The notes: a model not told the origin generated them from the sequence alone. Shown: positions 31,393 through 41,927, counted from the first letter of the stretch. The stretch is DNA of 64,000 nt from Acidobacteriaceae bacterium (GCA_027449545.1 DAIDLI010000138.1:7977-71976), one strand, 5' to 3'. Numbers and translations are program-made.

Positions 31393-33096
31393 GTGGATCG
31401 TCGTACTTTTTTTGGCATTTCAGCAGGGGCGTTGTTCAGCGGCGCATTGCCCGGCAGCCCCTCCCCCGCCCAGGAAGCCGGCAAACGGCTGCGCTTTACC
31501 AACCAGAGAACCGGCCAGGGTCCGTTCCAGAACGCGGATCGTTCGCGTCCACCGCACATGCTGCTCATCAGCGCGGATATGGTTGGGCCCGATCTTTACC
31601 ATCCCTCGCGGCCCTTCTCCAGCCACGTGCAAATCCCTTCCATTCGCTCTCTGATGCAGGATGGGGTGTTCTTTTCGAACGCCTTCTGCACGGTGCCGCT
31701 TTGTTCTCCGTCCCGCGCCTCGTATTTGACCGGCCGGTACAGCTACGTGCAGGGCAACAGCGAACGCGCGCCCGAGGGCCTGGAAGCGGAACTTCGACCC
31801 GATGACACGATCTTCCCGGAATACCTGAAGGCCGCCGGCTATATTACCCGTCAGGTGGGCAAATGCCATGTAGGCGAGCAGAAATTCATCGACGCCTTCG
31901 GAGATAACGATCAGGCATGGAACCGCTGGTCGCCGCCGGTATTCGATGATGACGATTTCCTCGCCTACCAGCGCCGGATGGGGGTCAAGCCGCAGAAGTA
32001 CTCCCGGGAAATCGTCTTCAGCATGCAGGACCGCAAGACGCCGGGCAACTCAGTGGGCGGTTGGGTAGTGCAGGAGGATGGCAAACCTTTTCCGCTGGAA
32101 GCTCAGTACAGCTATTACCTAGGGCAAAAGGCCATTGCCACCCTTGAGAACCTGGTGGATAACGGGGACCTGGAGCACCAGCCGCTGTACCTGCAGCTCG
32201 ATATCTTCGATCCTCATCAACCCTTCTCGGTGCCGGCCGGGTTTGAGAAGCGGGAACGGGAACTGCGCAAGGTGATCACGGTTCCCGAGTCGTGGCAGGC
32301 TGCCAAGGAGCACAATTTCAAGCGTGCCCCCGGCGAGCCCGAGATCGTCGATATCTATCGCCGTTACTGGGGCATTTATGACCCGCAAAAGCTGATCGAT
32401 TATCGCGTGGCCTATGCGCTGCAGATGGAAGTAGTGGACCGGGTGATTGGCATGGTTCTGACCAAGCTTAAGGATCTCGGCCTGTACGATGACATGGTGA
32501 TCGCTTTTATCTCCGATCACGGCGAAATGAGCGGGCGGCGGGCGATTGTGGACAAGGGAGTGTACCTGTATCCCGATGTTGTCCGGGTTCCGTTCGTGCT
32601 TAAGCCACCTGCCCAGATGAAGCGGCCGCAGACGAAGATTGCATCTCCGGTCTCCCTGCTGGACGTGTCGCAGTCTCTGCTCGATTTCGCCGGCATTCAG
32701 GCAGAAGCGAAGTTCGATGGCGTATCGCTGGTGCCGGTCATCGCGTCCGGCCAGGGGACGGAAGAGCGCACGCTGTTGTTCTTCGGGGGATGGCACGTGG
32801 GCGTGAACTTCGACTGCGGGATCCAGCATCGCGCATCGGATGGCCGGCGGTATTTGTATTCCTACAATTGCACTTCGACTGTAGACGAACTCTTCGATCT
32901 GGACAGCGTCGATGCGGTCAATCTGGTCGGTGATCCGCGCTATGCCCAGGTGCACAATGAGATGATTCGCGTGCTGGGCGCTGCTCTCCAAGCGGATCCT
33001 CGGTGGATCGGATTCTGGTCGGAGTTCCGCCTGGCGCACTTCAACGACTTGCCCACCTCGGAAGGCGATATGCAGATGTTCGCGGTGTCGTCGTAG
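31393..33096 (+). CDS. Tat-exported Cys-type sulfatase
   Basis: GTG start, DRRTFFG Tat motif, ISADM, CSPSR(ASYLTG), GKCH, ISDHG, VDKG. Confidence 0.9.
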   Translation: MDRRTFFGISAGALFSGALPGSPSPAQEAGKRLRFTNQRTGQGPFQNADRSRPPHMLLISADMVGPDLYHPSRPFSSHVQIPSIRSLMQDGVFFSNAFCTVPLCSPSRASYLTGRYSYVQGNSERAPEGLEAELRPDDTIFPEYLKAAGYITRQVGKCHVGEQKFIDAFGDNDQAWNRWSPPVFDDDDFLAYQRRMGVKPQKYSREIVFSMQDRKTPGNSVGGWVVQEDGKPFPLEAQYSYYLGQKAIATLENLVDNGDLEHQPLYLQLDIFDPHQPFSVPAGFEKRERELRKVITVPESWQAAKEHNFKRAPGEPEIVDIYRRYWGIYDPQKLIDYRVAYALQMEVVDRVIGMVLTKLKDLGLYDDMVIAFISDHGEMSGRRAIVDKGVYLYPDVVRVPFVLKPPAQMKRPQTKIASPVSLLDVSQSLLDFAGIQAEAKFDGVSLVPVIASGQGTEERTLLFFGGWHVGVNFDCGIQHRASDGRRYLYSYNCTSTVDELFDLDSVDAVNLVGDPRYAQVHNEMIRVLGAALQADPRWIGFWSEFRLAHFNDLPTSEGDMQMFAVSS

Positions 33097-33186
33097 CTCG
33101 CGCACCCGTGCATTTGCATGCCGATGCACGGGTACGCTGATCCCAGTCCCCGCTCCGACAGAAACACGATCAAGAACAGCCCCCTG

Positions 33187-33224
33187 AAAAAAGGCCGCAG
33201 CCACTGTGTCCAGTGACTGCGGCC
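33187..33224 (-). terminator. Intrinsic terminator for the minus-strand TBDR
   Basis: GGCCGCAG-CCACTG-TGTC-CAGTG-A-CTGCGGCC preceded on + by AAAAAA, which gives a U-tract on the minus strand. Confidence 0.7.
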
Positions 33225-33240
33225 GGGGGGTGTTCGGCTT

Positions 33241-36200
33241 TCAGAACGACAGGGTCGCTGCGAGTTGAACGATGCGGGCGTCTTTCTGGGTGCTGGTTAC
33301 TTCACCAAAGGTACCGCTGGTCACGCCATTGCTGGGATTGGCAAACTGCGCATGGTTCCAAGCGTTGAAGAATTCGCCGCGCACGGCAAAGCGCATGTCT
33401 TCATGAATCGGAAAGTCCTTGTGGACCCCCATATCCCAGTTGTTGATTCCCGGACCCGTGAGGATATCGAAACCGGAGGTTCCGTAGTACCAGCTTTGGC
33501 CGCTGGTATTATGCGGGTCCGTAGCCGGGTTCACAAAGCAGGCCGAGTTCGCCGTGCTGTCGACGCCTGTAAAGATCCAGTACATGCCATTGGACCTGAG
33601 ATTCTTGTTCTGCAATTCGTTTCTTCCGTTGCAATAGCGGTCTGCCCGGATGTTGGCGGGCGACCAGTTGGTATTGTTGGGCGCACTTACCGAGAATGGA
33701 TTGCCCTTCTGCATGGTGGTGATTGCGTCTACGCTCCAGCCGCCGATCGCGCCGTCGAGGATGCGGTTCATCCCGGCGCCAATTCTCTTCCCCCGGCCGA
33801 CAGGAAGCTGCCATACGGCACTGACCACCAGCGACTGGGGAACGTTGGAGGTTGTCGGTCCCCAGTCACAGCGGAAGCAACTCTTGTCCTGATTCAGGGT
33901 TCCGATGCCGCCTTCCGCTCCGTCCGAGAGTGACTTCTGCCATGTGTAATTGGCCAGGACGCTCAGGCCATTGCTGAATTGCCGCTGGAATTTCACCAGC
34001 AAGGCGTTATAGCTGCCATTCGCGATGCTGTTGATCTCCTGCATATAGGAGTACTGCGGGTAGAAGGGGTTCTTCGTCAGGTCGTAGGTCTGCACTCCAG
34101 GCGAGGAGCCATCCCACGGATCCCAGTTCTTCTGCAGGTGGTGCGCTTCGTTGCCGATGTATGCGACATCCAGCAAGTAGGCGGTCGCAAAGGTGCGCTG
34201 CACGTCCAGGTTCCACTGCGATATCATGGGCGGCCGCATGTTGGATGCCAGGTACTGGACGGCGCCGCCGATGGTGGGCACCTCAGCCGCAGTGATGGCG
34301 CCTACGGCCACCGGTGGCATGGCATTGACTCCCATCACATAGGTCGGCGTTGGCTTGGAGGTGACGTTGCTGACCTGGTTGTTGACGGAGATGTACTGCG
34401 ACACCACGGCGTATTGGGATGTGAGGTCGTATTGGGTGGTGTAGTAGAGCCCCCATCCGGCGCGCAGAACCGTGTTTTTGAGAAGTGTGGGCTGCCAGGT
34501 GAAGCCCACGCGCGGAGCCACGCTGTTCAATGCCATCGAGAAGCTCTCAGGACTGGCGGTCCCCAAAGCTGCAAAGGTCTCGAGACCCGTGGTGAAATCA
34601 AAGCTGTGGATGAGATTACGATTCGTCTGGTCCGGAGGGTTGGGGGGCGTATTGATGAAATAGGCAAGGGCCAGGTTGGCGGTGAAGTGCTGGCTCAGCT
34701 TCCAGGTGTCTTGTATGTAGGGCTCAAATGTGGTCCAGCGGAAGTGCGTCCTGGGCATCGCAATGGACTGAGCATTGGTGAGATCGCCGAGGAGGAAGTC
34801 GGCAAAGGCACTGCCTGTGCCGGCCACCTGCGAAACCGTCCCGTTGGCATTCAGCTTGGTTTGCGCGGTATACACATCATTGAAGTTGAACACGCCCCGA
34901 GCGTTGGCGTTGGCACTGGACTGCACACTGCGGGTATAGGCGAGATCACCGCCGATTTTGATCTGGTGGTTTCCGTGCAGCCAGCTGAATCCTTCGTGGA
35001 CTTGGTAGACGTTGTCAATATCCCCCAGCAGACCGGTGGAGGTACCGAAACCCGAAAATCCTGCGATGTTGATGCCGGGCACTCCATTCGCGTCGCCCGT
35101 GCCCGTGATTCCGAGTTGCGTTTGGACACCCGCAATCGAGCTTCCCTGGGAGTACACCGAGTCTCGTACAATGCCAGCGTTCAGCGAATTCACTTTGGTC
35201 GGGCTCAGCGTCCAAGTCCAGCCCACAGTGCCAAACTCCGTGTCGAGCGGATAGGCGATGCCTTGCGCGGGAAACAATCCAGGAGAACTCCCCGGCGAAT
35301 TGAGCCACGAACCCTGCCCGAAGAGTTGATTGTTGGCGTTGATGCTGGCGTCCAGCCGGATGGTGAACTGATCGGAGTCGAGGGTGGCTTCCGGGTTCCC
35401 GCTCACGTTGTTGCCTGCCCCCAGGGTCGAACCGGGAAGATAGTAGGCCAGCAGGCCGCTTGCGGTTTTGTTGATTCGATCGGCGGGAATTTTGTTTTCA
35501 GGAAACTGCTGGCGAAGTCCGGTGCTAGGGTCGTATGTCGCCGGATCATAAATCGGGGTCGAAAGAGCAGAAAAGTCACCGGAGAACATCGCAGCGGTAG
35601 GCGTGTACGCTGAGCGGTAGCTCGATTGAGTCTGGCGGTATCCTTCGTAATTCCCAAAGTAGAAGAGCTTGTTCTTCATAATCGGGCCGCCGAGGCTGAT
35701 GCCGAACTGGTTCTGGTGATAAGGTCCGTTCGGGGTGGTGGCAAAGTAGTTGCGCGCTTCCATCTGGTTGTTGCGGACATACTCGTAGAGATCGCCGTGA
35801 ATGCTGTTGGTTCCTCCTTTGGTGATCACGTCGATGATGCCCGGGTTTGTTCCCATATCCGGCATGAAGAAGCCGTAGTGCACTTCAAACTGATCGATTG
35901 CGTCCATGGAGAGGTTCAGCGATGTATTGCCGGCGCGCGATCCGACCGTCTGGATGCCGTCGATGAGGTACATGGTGAAGTCCGGCTCGTTGCCGCTGAT
36001 ATTGATCGACATGCCGGGATGGCCCGTCTGCCCAACAGCACCGGCGGCGGCGCCCGCGTTGGTCTGGGTGGCGCCGGAAAGCAGCCCCAACTGTAGGAAG
36101 TTTCTGCCGTTGAGGGGCAGTTGCTGCACGCTTTGCGGCCCGATAACATTGCCGAGATCGTTGGATTGCGTCTCCAGCAGGTTGGCCAGACCATGCGCCT

Positions 36201-36570
36201 CCACGGTGACGGTCTGCGCGGCTTGCGCGATATTCAGAGATGCGTTCTCCGTAGCGTGTTGTCCAACAATAATGTTGAATCCAGTAACCTTGTAGGTGGC
36301 AAATCCCTGCTTGGAGACCTCGAGGGAATATACACCTGGCTGTACGGCAGGAAACGAATAGTTTCCCGAGACGTCCGACAGGGTCTTTATCCGAACACCT
36401 GTTTTGTCGTTGATAAGGATTACATCCGCAGCCGGCAAAACGGCTCCGGACGCGTCCGCGACTGTCCCCTGGATGGATGAATTAACGCTTTGCGCCCGGG
36501 CAAGGGATAGGGTGAATGCCAGGAGCACGATTGCGGGAAAGACCGTGAAGAATCGCGCCTTTCGAGTCAT
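33241..36570 (-). CDS. TonB-dependent receptor-like protein
   Basis: Signal peptide, GTVADASGAVLPAA, LPLNGRNFLQL, C-terminal RGEFFNAWNHAQF...AATLSF. Confidence 0.9.
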   Translation of the reverse strand: MTRKARFFTVFPAIVLLAFTLSLARAQSVNSSIQGTVADASGAVLPAADVILINDKTGVRIKTLSDVSGNYSFPAVQPGVYSLEVSKQGFATYKVTGFNIIVGQHATENASLNIAQAAQTVTVEAHGLANLLETQSNDLGNVIGPQSVQQLPLNGRNFLQLGLLSGATQTNAGAAAGAVGQTGHPGMSINISGNEPDFTMYLIDGIQTVGSRAGNTSLNLSMDAIDQFEVHYGFFMPDMGTNPGIIDVITKGGTNSIHGDLYEYVRNNQMEARNYFATTPNGPYHQNQFGISLGGPIMKNKLFYFGNYEGYRQTQSSYRSAYTPTAAMFSGDFSALSTPIYDPATYDPSTGLRQQFPENKIPADRINKTASGLLAYYLPGSTLGAGNNVSGNPEATLDSDQFTIRLDASINANNQLFGQGSWLNSPGSSPGLFPAQGIAYPLDTEFGTVGWTWTLSPTKVNSLNAGIVRDSVYSQGSSIAGVQTQLGITGTGDANGVPGINIAGFSGFGTSTGLLGDIDNVYQVHEGFSWLHGNHQIKIGGDLAYTRSVQSSANANARGVFNFNDVYTAQTKLNANGTVSQVAGTGSAFADFLLGDLTNAQSIAMPRTHFRWTTFEPYIQDTWKLSQHFTANLALAYFINTPPNPPDQTNRNLIHSFDFTTGLETFAALGTASPESFSMALNSVAPRVGFTWQPTLLKNTVLRAGWGLYYTTQYDLTSQYAVVSQYISVNNQVSNVTSKPTPTYVMGVNAMPPVAVGAITAAEVPTIGGAVQYLASNMRPPMISQWNLDVQRTFATAYLLDVAYIGNEAHHLQKNWDPWDGSSPGVQTYDLTKNPFYPQYSYMQEINSIANGSYNALLVKFQRQFSNGLSVLANYTWQKSLSDGAEGGIGTLNQDKSCFRCDWGPTTSNVPQSLVVSAVWQLPVGRGKRIGAGMNRILDGAIGGWSVDAITTMQKGNPFSVSAPNNTNWSPANIRADRYCNGRNELQNKNLRSNGMYWIFTGVDSTANSACFVNPATDPHNTSGQSWYYGTSGFDILTGPGINNWDMGVHKDFPIHEDMRFAVRGEFFNAWNHAQFANPSNGVTSGTFGEVTSTQKDARIVQLAATLSF

Positions 36571-36650
36571 TTTCTTTGGATCCTCCAATCAAATTGAGCC
36601 CGTACACGTCGCTCGCGCAGAGCGGAACGAAGACGCGTACTATGCGGATG

Positions 36651-36709
36651 ATGTAATCGGTTACATTTCGTTGGAAGTTCTTATACCGCCGTCAGTACAT
36701 GGCTGTCAA
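36651..36709 (-). promoter_or_regulatory. Sigma70-type promoter plus LacI-type operator for TBDR 36570
   Basis: Minus strand TTGACA (36709-04), N18, TATAAG (36685-80). Operator TGTAA-TCGG-TTACA at 36652-36665. Confidence 0.7.
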
Positions 36710-36849
36710 GAGGCTCTCAGGAGATGCCGCCTGGTACAGTGCCGCGACGTTTGCGAGCCGAGCAGACGGCTTGACAGAAAGGGCGCACAGGCACCCGAGC
36801 GCGCCTGCAGCCAGGAACGAACTGGGGCGAGCGTGACGCTATGCTCCGC

Positions 36850-38928
36850 TTAGTGGACAGGCACGCGGATCACCGTCACACTCTCATGAGGCAAGGTCAT
36901 AGTGAGTAGACCGGCTGATGGTGCAGGAAGCGTGACCGGCTGGGGCACAACGTGCTCCGGTTCGACCTCGTCGTTGCGCTCGTAGCGGTTGGCGGCTTTG
37001 ATTTGTTCGGCATGGGATGGGCCGGATGGATGCAATTGTCCGAGATCGAAACGGGTGGGCACATCCTGGTCGAGGCTGCGATTGACGCAGAGCAGGGTCA
37101 GAGTGCGACCGTCCGCGCTGCGCGTGGCAACAACATCGATGTACGGAATATTCTGCACATCGTTCAGGGGACTGACACCACCGGCAACGTTGTAGCTGCC
37201 GGAATCGCTGGCAACCGGCAGCACCGTGTCCCCTTTCACTGCCGTGTACATCTTGAAGACATAGTATGCGGGAACTGCATAGACCTGTCCGCGCCGCTCC
37301 CAGATACCGGCGAATTCCATGAGGCCCGTCATATCCGTGATCTTGACCTGTTCCGTATGGCGCAGAATGGTGTTGAGAAAGCCGGCGGCCAGCACCGCTC
37401 CGCCTTCATTCATCCAGCTCGGGCTTTCGTTGGTGAAATTGCGCTCGCCGTATCCCCGGCTGTTGAAGAGCCACTCGGTGACCGCGAAGTGCACTTTACC
37501 GCGCAGCGCCGGGTGTGAGTCGACCTGCTCCTGGACCTTATCGAAGTACGGCCCCACAGCGTACGGCACAGCATACGCCGCGGCGGCGACGAAGGCGGGC
37601 GTGGCCGGCGTCATCACGGGGTGGTTCACGTTGCGGATGAAATGGAGCGAAAGATAGTTGAAGGTGCCGGGGGGATCGGTCAACTGTGCGGCATTCCATC
37701 TTCCGTTGGTGATGGGACCAAGGCCGGTGGCAATGATCGGCGCATTGGGATCGATCGCGCGGACAGCCTTGCTGAAGGCCAGTGTCTTGGCAGCGATTTC
37801 ATCCACGGTGGGATAGCCCACCTGCCATTTGCCCCAGAGTTCGTTGCCAAGTTCATAGATCACCGGCCCGTGGTCATGCTCGCCGATGTAGCGGACCCAG
37901 TCAGCAGCTTCCTGTGGCGTTCCGCTGCCCATGTTCAGATCAAACTGGGGGGTAGCGCCGATGAGCTTGCAGAGTTCCAGGAACTCATCCGTGCCGAACT
38001 GGTTGTACTCGGGAATGCCCCAGGCAATGTTCTTCATGGTGATGCGCTTGTCGATAGGGCCAATGCCGTCGCGCCAGTGGTAATACGAACTGAAGTTCCC
38101 TCCAAAGCGCAATTCGGTTGCGTGCATTGCCTTGGCCATGGCCACAGCGTCGGGATCGAGAACGCCGATGGCATCCGCAGGCATCAGCGAAAGTTCGTCC
38201 ACATCGACACGCTCGGTGCCGGCAACGGCCACCGCAAAATCCACCGGCTGCAGGCGGCGCACCTCGCCGGGTTGCAGTTGCAAAGTGGCAGTATATTTCG
38301 TCCATTTGTCTGCGCCGGCGTCTACGCTGCCCTCGGCCAGTGTCTTGCCGTTTTCAGGATCGCGCAACAGCACCTTCACCTGCGAAGCTCCACCCACATG
38401 CTTGGCATAGAACGAGACATGGTAGGTCAGCTCGCGCTGCACGGGCAGATAGACACGCTGCATGATGCCGACCTGTTGGCCTGGCGTTCCCATGATCTCC
38501 AGAGACTGCCAGCTATTCGCGGCGTCTCCCGCATGCAATTCATAGCGATTGCCTGCGGCGGAATTCAGTGGCTGCCAGGGTAGGGGAATCCCTGTTGCGT
38601 TCGAGGACTCGATCAGTTCCGGCTGATCGCGGAACATCTTCTCCAAATTCGTATGGTTCCACAGGCCGGCTTCCAGGCTGCCGTTGGTAAGAATTTCTGC
38701 GACGATGCCATGGTTGATGGAATCGCCAATGGGTTCAAGAAAGGTTCCGAAGACGGTGGCCGGGATACGCTCAGTTCCGTGGTCGCTGACGCGCACTGTC
38801 ACGACCGGCGGCATGGGCTTGGCTACGGTAATTTGCCCCGGAGCAACCGAGGCGGCAACGAGGAAGATGGCCAGCACCAGCAGAGGGAAGCGGTAGATAT
38901 TGAAACGGGCGAGACGGCGCAGAGACAT
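36850..38928 (-). CDS. Secreted alpha-L-arabinofuranosidase-like GH51 enzyme
   Basis: FGTFLEPIG, RFGGNF..YHWRDGIGP, FGTDEFL, LGNELWG (acid/base), TEW (nucleophile). Start at ATG 38928 (GAAGGA RBS). Confidence 0.88.
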   Translation of the reverse strand: MSLRRLARFNIYRFPLLVLAIFLVAASVAPGQITVAKPMPPVVTVRVSDHGTERIPATVFGTFLEPIGDSINHGIVAEILTNGSLEAGLWNHTNLEKMFRDQPELIESSNATGIPLPWQPLNSAAGNRYELHAGDAANSWQSLEIMGTPGQQVGIMQRVYLPVQRELTYHVSFYAKHVGGASQVKVLLRDPENGKTLAEGSVDAGADKWTKYTATLQLQPGEVRRLQPVDFAVAVAGTERVDVDELSLMPADAIGVLDPDAVAMAKAMHATELRFGGNFSSYYHWRDGIGPIDKRITMKNIAWGIPEYNQFGTDEFLELCKLIGATPQFDLNMGSGTPQEAADWVRYIGEHDHGPVIYELGNELWGKWQVGYPTVDEIAAKTLAFSKAVRAIDPNAPIIATGLGPITNGRWNAAQLTDPPGTFNYLSLHFIRNVNHPVMTPATPAFVAAAAYAVPYAVGPYFDKVQEQVDSHPALRGKVHFAVTEWLFNSRGYGERNFTNESPSWMNEGGAVLAAGFLNTILRHTEQVKITDMTGLMEFAGIWERRGQVYAVPAYYVFKMYTAVKGDTVLPVASDSGSYNVAGGVSPLNDVQNIPYIDVVATRSADGRTLTLLCVNRSLDQDVPTRFDLGQLHPSGPSHAEQIKAANRYERNDEVEPEHVVPQPVTLPAPSAGLLTMTLPHESVTVIRVPVH

Positions 38929-39026
38929 GGAACTTCCTTCCGAACCAGCGATCTTCGCTGAAGTTCTGTCCTCATTCATGGGCGGCCGGAACCTGGCAGG
39001 ATGCTTCGGTTCATCGGGCGCACCTA

Positions 39027-39078
39027 TGTAAACGATTGCATCACCGGCAAGAGTAATTTTCGCTTTTGCCCTTGTCAA
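39027..39078 (-). promoter_or_regulatory. Sigma70-type promoter plus LacI-type operator for GH51
   Basis: Minus strand TTGACA (39078-73), N17, TACTCT (39055-50). Operator TGTAA-ACGA-TTGCA at 39027-39040. Confidence 0.65.
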
Positions 39079-39182
39079 GTCCTGCAGGGTTGCCACAACG
39101 GCCTTGCCGCTACCGCCGCTTCCGAATTCGGCTAAGGGCGGCTAAGGTATGCGCCGAGCAGCCGGAGGTATCCGCTCCGGCC

Positions 39183-40193
39183 TCAGCGGCGGCGCCGCCG
39201 GGCCGGACTGGCCGTTGATTCCCGGATCACGAGATGGGGATGCAGGATAAGTTCAGGGAGAGCGTTTCCCTCCTGGAGTGCATTCTGCAGCAAGGCAAAA
39301 GCGCGCGCGGCGAGTTCCCGGCGGGGATGGCGGATAGTGGTCAGGGGCGGAGAAACCATCGACGCAATGGGCAGATCATCGAAGCCGATCAGGGAAATAT
39401 CTTCGGGAACCCGAATGCCAGCCTCATGAGCTGCCTGTAACGCACCCACCGCCATCAGATCATTGGTAGCGAGCACTGCGGTAGGGCGCGGACTGCGCGC
39501 CAGCAGCTCACGCATGGCGCTCCGGCCGCCCTCTACGTGCATGTCTCCGGCAACGATCCGTTCCGGGCCTAGATGCACCCCATGCGCCTGCGATACGGTC
39601 TTGAAAGCAGCTTTGCGGTCTTGAGCCGAGCTGAGCTGTGGCGGCCCGGCAATAAACCCGAAGTCGCGGTGCCCCAGAAAGAGGAGATGGTCCATCGCTT
39701 CGCGGTAGCCGGTCGCGTACTCGACCAGCACATTCGGATATCTGGCCGCGAGCTGGCGCTGGTTCATGAGCACGATGGGAACGCCCAGCTTCATTGGCTG
39801 GCGTAAGAACCGTTCGTCGATCTCCGAGGTCATGATGGCGATCGCATCGACCCGCCGCTCGATCATCCTCCGAATACAGCTATCCAGGCGCTCCAATTCA
39901 TAATTGGTGTGCGTGAAAATGACGCCGATTCCATGGGCCGCCGCGAGCGATTCAAATGCATCGATCAACTCCGGGAAGAAGGGATTATTCACATCGGAGA
40001 TGATCAGACCGAACAAGCGAGTGCGCCCCACGCGCAGGCTGCGCGCGCTGGAATTGGGGACATAATTCATTTCTTCGATGGCCTTGCGGACCCGCGCCAT
40101 CGTACGCTCGCTTACTCGAGGAAAGCCATTCATTACCCGCGAGACGGTCGCTGTCGAAACGCCTGCGCGCTTGGCAACCTGCAGAATGTCCAT
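39183..40193 (-). CDS. LacI-family transcriptional regulator
   Basis: ILQVAKRAGVSTATVSRV HTH, YVPN, NPFFPEL, IGFDD, PPLTTI. Confidence 0.95.
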   Translation of the reverse strand: MDILQVAKRAGVSTATVSRVMNGFPRVSERTMARVRKAIEEMNYVPNSSARSLRVGRTRLFGLIISDVNNPFFPELIDAFESLAAAHGIGVIFTHTNYELERLDSCIRRMIERRVDAIAIMTSEIDERFLRQPMKLGVPIVLMNQRQLAARYPNVLVEYATGYREAMDHLLFLGHRDFGFIAGPPQLSSAQDRKAAFKTVSQAHGVHLGPERIVAGDMHVEGGRSAMRELLARSPRPTAVLATNDLMAVGALQAAHEAGIRVPEDISLIGFDDLPIASMVSPPLTTIRHPRRELAARAFALLQNALQEGNALPELILHPHLVIRESTASPARRRRR

Positions 40194-40486
40194 AGAAAGC
40201 TACCGTTCCGCATCTTGCTTTGCTGCACACGTTCAGGGGCACAGAAAACGCGTGCAATGCCTCAAAGCCGCCTCGGATGCGACGATGTCTATTACCTGCA
40301 AGAGTTTAGCATATGGGCATCGTGCCGTATTTTTGGCCATATTTGTAGATTTTCTGGCTCCAGGCACCCCTGATCGGGCTGCTTGGAAAGCGGAACGAGA
40401 CAGGTCGCTTCTCAGGAGAAGAGGCTAGAATACCCTCGGCCCGCAAGTCTTCAGGATACGTCGGGCAACGCGTTCGGGCATCTTAG

Positions 40487-41035
40487 CTTGCGATCCCATG
40501 GCGTCCAGTCACACGCTCGACGCAGGAGATCGAATGCTCCGTAGGTTCCGAGCCACTACGACCGATTCCGCGCTGGTGCCACGCCCCGCGCCTCACGCTC
40601 AATGGTTCCCCGCTCGTCTACTCGCTGCCCATCCGCGCGCATTGGACTTCCAAGGTCATCCCCAGGTACTCTACGGAAGCGTTCCCCTGCTGGGAAGCAA
40701 CTCCGGAAAGCGATTGGAACTACAGCCTGGCTCTCGATCAAGCCACGCTGAAGAGGGTTACGGTCAAGAAACAGCCGCTTGCGCCCAGCCAGCCCCTCGA
40801 CCCCTGGGAAAATCCTCCCATCGCCCTGGTGGTCCCGGCGCGAAAGATCGCGGACTGGAAGCTGCAAAGCAATCCCGAAGATCTCAAACAGCAGTTCACG
40901 CCTTCTCTGCCGGACCTGGATGCATCCGAGGTCAGTGCCACCGAGGAGCAAATCACACTGGAGCCTTACGGATCTACCAAGCTGCGGGTAACGATCTTCC
41001 CTCACCTGAAGGGCACGCGAGAAGACCATGCTTGA
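40487..41035 (+). pseudogene. C-terminal remnant of a GH127/DUF1680-like glycosidase
   Basis: Stop-bounded open frame (TAG at 40484) with no plausible start. Reads ...PIPRWCHAPRLTLNGSPLVYSLPI...WNYSL...DPWENPPI...EQITLEPYGSTKLRVTIFP. Confidence 0.6.
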
Positions 41036-41081
41036 GTGGGCGGGGTTGCACCGGAGCCTTGCCGCGAGAGGAGAACGGCGA

Positions 41082-41927
41082 ATGAAAGGGGATCTAGCAG
41101 AGAGTATGCGTGCTTACCGGACCGAGCAGTTCATTGTGGTGGAGCAGGATGGGAAGTTCTATCCGCTAGAGGGGCTGTCGTGGGATGAGCTGTTGCGCGG
41201 CGGCGACGTGCATGAGCGGGCGCGGGCTGCGCTTCGCATCCGGGCCATCGATTTCGACCCGGCCGCAGTGCTGGCGCCCATTGTCAGCCAGGAGGTATGG
41301 GCCGCAGGCGTCACTTACTACCGCAGCCGCGATGCGCGCATGCGCGAATCAAAAAACGCAGGTGGAGGCGATTTTTACGCGCGTGTCTACGATGCGCCGC
41401 GGCCCGAGCTTTTCTTCAAAGCCACCGGCCGGCGAGTCGTGGGTCCTGGCGCCGCCGTACGCATCCGCAGCGACGCCCGCTGGTCGGTGGCCGAGCCAGA
41501 GCTGACTCTGCTTGCCAATCCGCAGGGTGAGATCGTCGGCTACACCATCGGGAATGACATGAGTTCCCGCGACATCGAGGGCGAAAACCCGCTCTACCTT
41601 CCCCAGGCAAAGGTGTACGACGGCAGTTGCGCATTGGGCCCCTGCGTCCTGCTGACGCCCGAACCATTGCCGAAATCGACGGCGATTTCCATTGCAATTC
41701 TGCGGGGTGGCCGCGAGGCCTACGCGGGGAGCACCACGCTCCATGAACTCAAGCGCGAGCCCAAAGAACTGTTGGAGTATCTGTTCCGCGACAACAGCTT
41801 CCCTGACGGCGTATTCCTCATGACCGGAACCGGCCTGGTGCCCGGAGACGAATTCACGCTGGAGAGCGGCGATCAAATCCGCATCTCGATCCAGGGGATC
41901 GGGACGCTCGCGAACTACGTCGCGTAG
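41082..41927 (+). CDS. Fumarylacetoacetate-hydrolase-family protein, 2-keto-3-deoxy-pentonate dehydratase-like (start uncertain)
   Basis: [52 protein letters not shown]. Confidence 0.85.
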   Translation: MKGDLAESMRAYRTEQFIVVEQDGKFYPLEGLSWDELLRGGDVHERARAALRIRAIDFDPAAVLAPIVSQEVWAAGVTYYRSRDARMRESKNAGGGDFYARVYDAPRPELFFKATGRRVVGPGAAVRIRSDARWSVAEPELTLLANPQGEIVGYTIGNDMSSRDIEGENPLYLPQAKVYDGSCALGPCVLLTPEPLPKSTAISIAILRGGREAYAGSTTLHELKREPKELLEYLFRDNSFPDGVFLMTGTGLVPGDEFTLESGDQIRISIQGIGTLANYVA

